The notes below the pieces were generated by a model, which ran no database searches, was not told the DNA's origin, and saw only the letters and a list, made by a program, of their open reading frames with translations. From Paraphysomonas bandaiensis (lineage: Eukaryota; Protista; Chrysophyceae), in contig CBFFRP010000211.1 in assembly GCA_965644295.1 (NCBI GenBank), forward strand, positions 50,585 through 114,584: a stretch of 64,000 bases of DNA. Direction: 5' to 3'. Shown one piece after another: positions 60,273-64,000 of this stretch (positions within the stretch are counted from its first letter, which is position 1; every line of letters begins with the position of its first letter). Both the position numbers and the translations under genes were made by a program.

Positions 60273-61658
60273 TAATAACACTATCAATAGGAATTAACTA
60301 TAAATGATACAGTGTCAAAGTTATATTGATGAGAATTGTGATCCATGTTGCGAGGAGCGTATAAAACACTCGACTACTGCTACAGTACTTGCAGTAGCTA
60401 AGTGAGGATCCGATCTGCTGCTGGTGTTGATTATATGGAAAGATTTTCAGCTATATTCTGTTGAGTAAAAATGAATGGCGGGGAAAAGCACTAAACTACA
60501 GTACATACGCTATGTAGGATAGAATACAACAAAAATATGCCTCATTCTAGAGCTGGAATTCTTGAAGATTTATTGAACTTGCATTTTACAATAGGAATTA
60601 CAAGTACAGTCAGTTCTCGATATCGTCAATGAGGTATGGTAAAAATGTCCGTTATTGGAAATTGTAACCCTATGGTACAATCCATTGACGATATCGAGAA
60701 CTGACTGTACAGCAGTACAAGTAGTGTACTCAGATATATGATATATTTGTACTGGTACACCATCGTACAGTACTAACATCTCTCACATCTCACTCAACCG
60801 TAGCTAGGATTCGTATCGGATATCTTGCCCAAAAAATCTGTTAGAAGAGAAGTTTATTCGCTTTTATTGGCTGCAATTTTGGATTAAAAGTATTCATACT
60901 ATCGAGTATAATAATATATTACTACTACGTATATATTTAGTATACCAGACTTATCGGCGTAACCTTGTGGACCAACTATGGAAGGCTTCCTAATCAGAGC
61001 CTTCACGAAAAACGGTAAATGTGTGAAGGGTGGTGGTAAGACTGTTATAGTGGAGGGTATAGCAAACAAATTTCCAGGCGTATCCTTCGCGACAGGCGTG
61101 CACTAGAATTGTGTAATTGCGTTGGTATAACACAATCTTATTGCCAGATAATTCTAGAACGGGCTCATGGAGCTAGTCGTACAACCGGCACCGCAGTTGG
61201 AGCAGCTTTTCTAGGCAACAGTACCACAGTTTTCAAAATTTAGAAAACATTGATTTAAATTAAGTCTAGGGATCGTTTGACAATAACAAATGTAGTTAGA
61301 TGTGAAGAGAATCTTCTCATGCGGAAGTAGTTGACTTTTGGTAGGAAGTTTATACTTCTCGTTCGCTATTTCTACAACTCTCTGAAAACATTACTCTCTC
61401 ATGGCAATTAAATTAACAAATATTATGGTAAAAATCAAAGATTTATTTGTTGTACTACTAAAATGTTATATCTTATATCTACTTTCCACCAACAAAGCCT
61501 GGTAAATTTTATATGCATGGCTCCTAAAAGACATACAGCACCGTACTGCCATAATGTTGAGTGTTTAATTCAATCGTATATAATATAGAATATATAGTAG
61601 AGATAGAAGATCAATATCCTGATTCACCAAGACCTTGTAAGCAACTATTAGAATTCAG

Positions 61659-61876
61659 CTTAATACATGATTGTATCTGTGAGTTATAATGTTCAATGAA
61701 ATATACCATGAACTGAATTAGAGAGAGTATCTGTCGAAGATACGTGATCGTCATCATAACGTCGTCATCATTCCGTTGTGCATGATAGCTATATGTTCTA
61801 TATTGTTATTCATAATTTTTCACTCTATCGTGTTCATTACTTACACTCTAATAATCACAACATTGTTTTACTATTA
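61659..61876 (-). repeat. AT-rich dispersed repeat family 2, copy 3 (inverted)
   Basis: ATGTTCAATGAAATATACCATGAACTGA is the reverse complement of the family core. Confidence 0.8.
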
Positions 61877-62251
61877 TAAAGATCAATTCTTTATTGCAAC
61901 TAAGGACTAAGGGAATTTGATATTAATATTCTTTCTTAAGTAGACTTGAACTGCAACGCTCAGATAGAGCTATTTAAAATACAATAAAGTTCATTAAAGT
62001 TTCTGGCTCTGATATGTGTTATGAGTGTGGAAATATTACTTACTGTGTATCCAACCTACACTACAGCATAAAATGTTGCTTGCTTGTGTAATTTTAAACT
62101 ACAGAACATCGTTTCTCTAATTTGGAAATAACAAACAATATTGCTCAACTGGACGCAAACTTTATTCTGTTAGTTATGAAATACACCTCGCGAAAAGGGC
62201 ACATCTTCATATGAGACGAAACATGCTTTATAGAGGAAGCTGGTGTCGTGC

Positions 62252-63881
62252 TTATACTCGGCAAACATATGAAGATGATAGTGTCACATATCTCACCCAT
62301 CGGTAAGGATTGTACGACTTATGGGTCTCAGATATACGCAGATATTTCACCTGCAGGTTAGATACATTGTACATCGGGATCTCAAAAGTCATCGCTACTG
62401 GCCCTATTTCACGTTTATGATTAGCATTGACAGGCTGGTCAAGTGTCAATTTCGCCCTCATTGACAACTCTGAGCCTCCAACAAACTTCTTTATGGTCCA
62501 CTGGACACGTTTACTTCCTGGAATATACTCCACCGTGCTACCAGGGATATTCGTTGACATTTCAAAGGTCACACTACCACACACCAATCATAAAAGATAG
62601 CATAAAGGCGTTTGAATGGAAAAAAATACGATATATACGAGCATATCGTGAACGAAATGTAGAATAAAATATCATATATACACAATACATGACCTGACAT
62701 CAGTCATACTCACCTTGCGGTGCACCGAGGCACCGGTAAGTTCACGACGACGTTCGAGCCGTGGTTACCTTCCGGAATCTCGCATCGAATCATGCATAGA
62801 ACTTCAAGTTTATACGGCCCAGACTCCTCAATTGTCGGAGATATGCGGAACGGAGACATGAAATCTCCCGTTATACGATAATTTAGAACGGTAAACTCTC
62901 CATCTAAATATGCAACCATTAGGAAAGCAATACATACAATACAGAAACTCAAATATATACAATAACAAACTGACAAATTCATACCAGGAGGCGTGAAATG
63001 GAGAGTTCGTTGTGATTCAAATTCATCCAGTCTTACACACTCGTGAAAGTTACAGTCATCAAGTATCACAGACCCATACTGCGAAGTGCCTTTTCCGATT
63101 GCAAGATCTTCATTTAGCGCCAACCTCAGCTCCGGATTGCCAGACAGAAAGGACTTCATTTGTATGGCCCCATCAATAGACGAGTTGACGACATAGCCAT
63201 TGGCATTGAATAAAACCGTGATCTTTTCAACAATGTCGACATATATTTCATTCTTGGATTTCGACGACCGGTTGGCAAGGGCAACCGGAAGATTAGAAGC
63301 ACTGGATGGCTTTGACTTTCCTGTCCCCATAGATTGCATTAAATTCAACGAAACTGTCTGAGGTTTGATAATAACAGCATCATTGTGAACAAAGTTCTTC
63401 AGAGATTCCGTTTGGGTGCTTTGTGGATACCCAAAGTCGAGCATTTCATCCAGTAGCTCATATATAAGGGAAAAATTCCGACGAATAGATTCTTCGGTCA
63501 AAATTCCGCAATAGTCTTTTATCACCTTTGCTATCCTATTCAATAACTCCACAGTTGTTGCCGGCGAAACATTTAACCTGAAATAATAACTGACATCGCT
63601 AGACAATATAAATATCCTGTGCAACCTGGTCGTGCATGCCAGAAGCAAACTGCTCCGCCGAATATATATATAATTGACTCCATCAAGGTGAAAGATCGGA
63701 GGTGCGTCACCCTTATCCCAAAACTTCACCTGTTTATGCGTTACAAATACACTGTATTGGGATAGCAGCATACCTTCCTGAAGAAATCTTCGTGCATAGT
63801 CGGGTGCTCATCACCACGAAAATCTTTACTAATTATGCAGTCTCCCCTGGGAGACAACACAAAGAACTGAGATATCGTCAT
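62252..63881 (-). CDS. AP4M1: AP-4 complex subunit mu, 5 exons
   Basis: MTISQFFVLSPRGDCII.KDFRGD, KNEIYVDIVE, LDDCNFHECVRLDEFE, YNPYRWVRYVTLSSSYVCRV*. Confidence 0.93.
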
Positions 63882-63956
63882 TACAGACCACTAATTAACC
63901 AAAGTAATCTAGCGCAACGAGTATTTAGAGTGCCACAGTGTATCATAGAGAGGTGT

Positions 63957-64000
63957 GTATGTATGTATGTATGTATGTATGTATGTATGTATGTATGTAT
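63957..64000 (-). repeat. (ATAC)n microsatellite upstream of AP4M1, truncated by the window end
   Basis: (GTAT)11 on the + strand. Confidence 0.97.

Noticed and set aside
60950-61215. GC-richer patch with Cys-containing translations
   Set aside because: Short and interrupted by stops, with no recognisable family; possibly a gene or element relic but unsupported.

Overview
Eukaryotic nuclear DNA: gene-dense, mostly short GT-AG introns (about 45-150 nt), standard code. It is most likely a stramenopile; the PTGQ/PTS-repeat surface proteins suggest a chrysophyte-like alga or flagellate (inference). I can support 15 protein genes: a COPI-associated/EF-hand protein, a TPT-family transporter, LMF2, a 4872-aa single-ORF LRR + mucin-repeat + REJ/EGF/GPS multi-pass receptor-like protein, a nicotinamidase-like enzyme, a 23-exon HOOK, a GDPD-like protein, a myristoylated PH/FERM-C-like protein, DDX6, NOP58, mitochondrial HSP70, a coiled-coil hypothetical, a PTGQ-repeat type I membrane protein with five copies of an unrecognised Cys-containing domain, an NHA/SLC9B antiporter and AP-4 mu. 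Intergenic DNA holds an internally deleted hAT transposon with a nested, TSD-flanked LINE-like fragment. It also holds four SINE-like copies sharing that fragment's 3' tail, one with an HDV-ribozyme-like 5' head, and a second AT-rich repeat family. (ATAC)n tracts sit in a consistent orientation upstream of several start codons. All exon structures and alignments were done by eye; no database searches were run.
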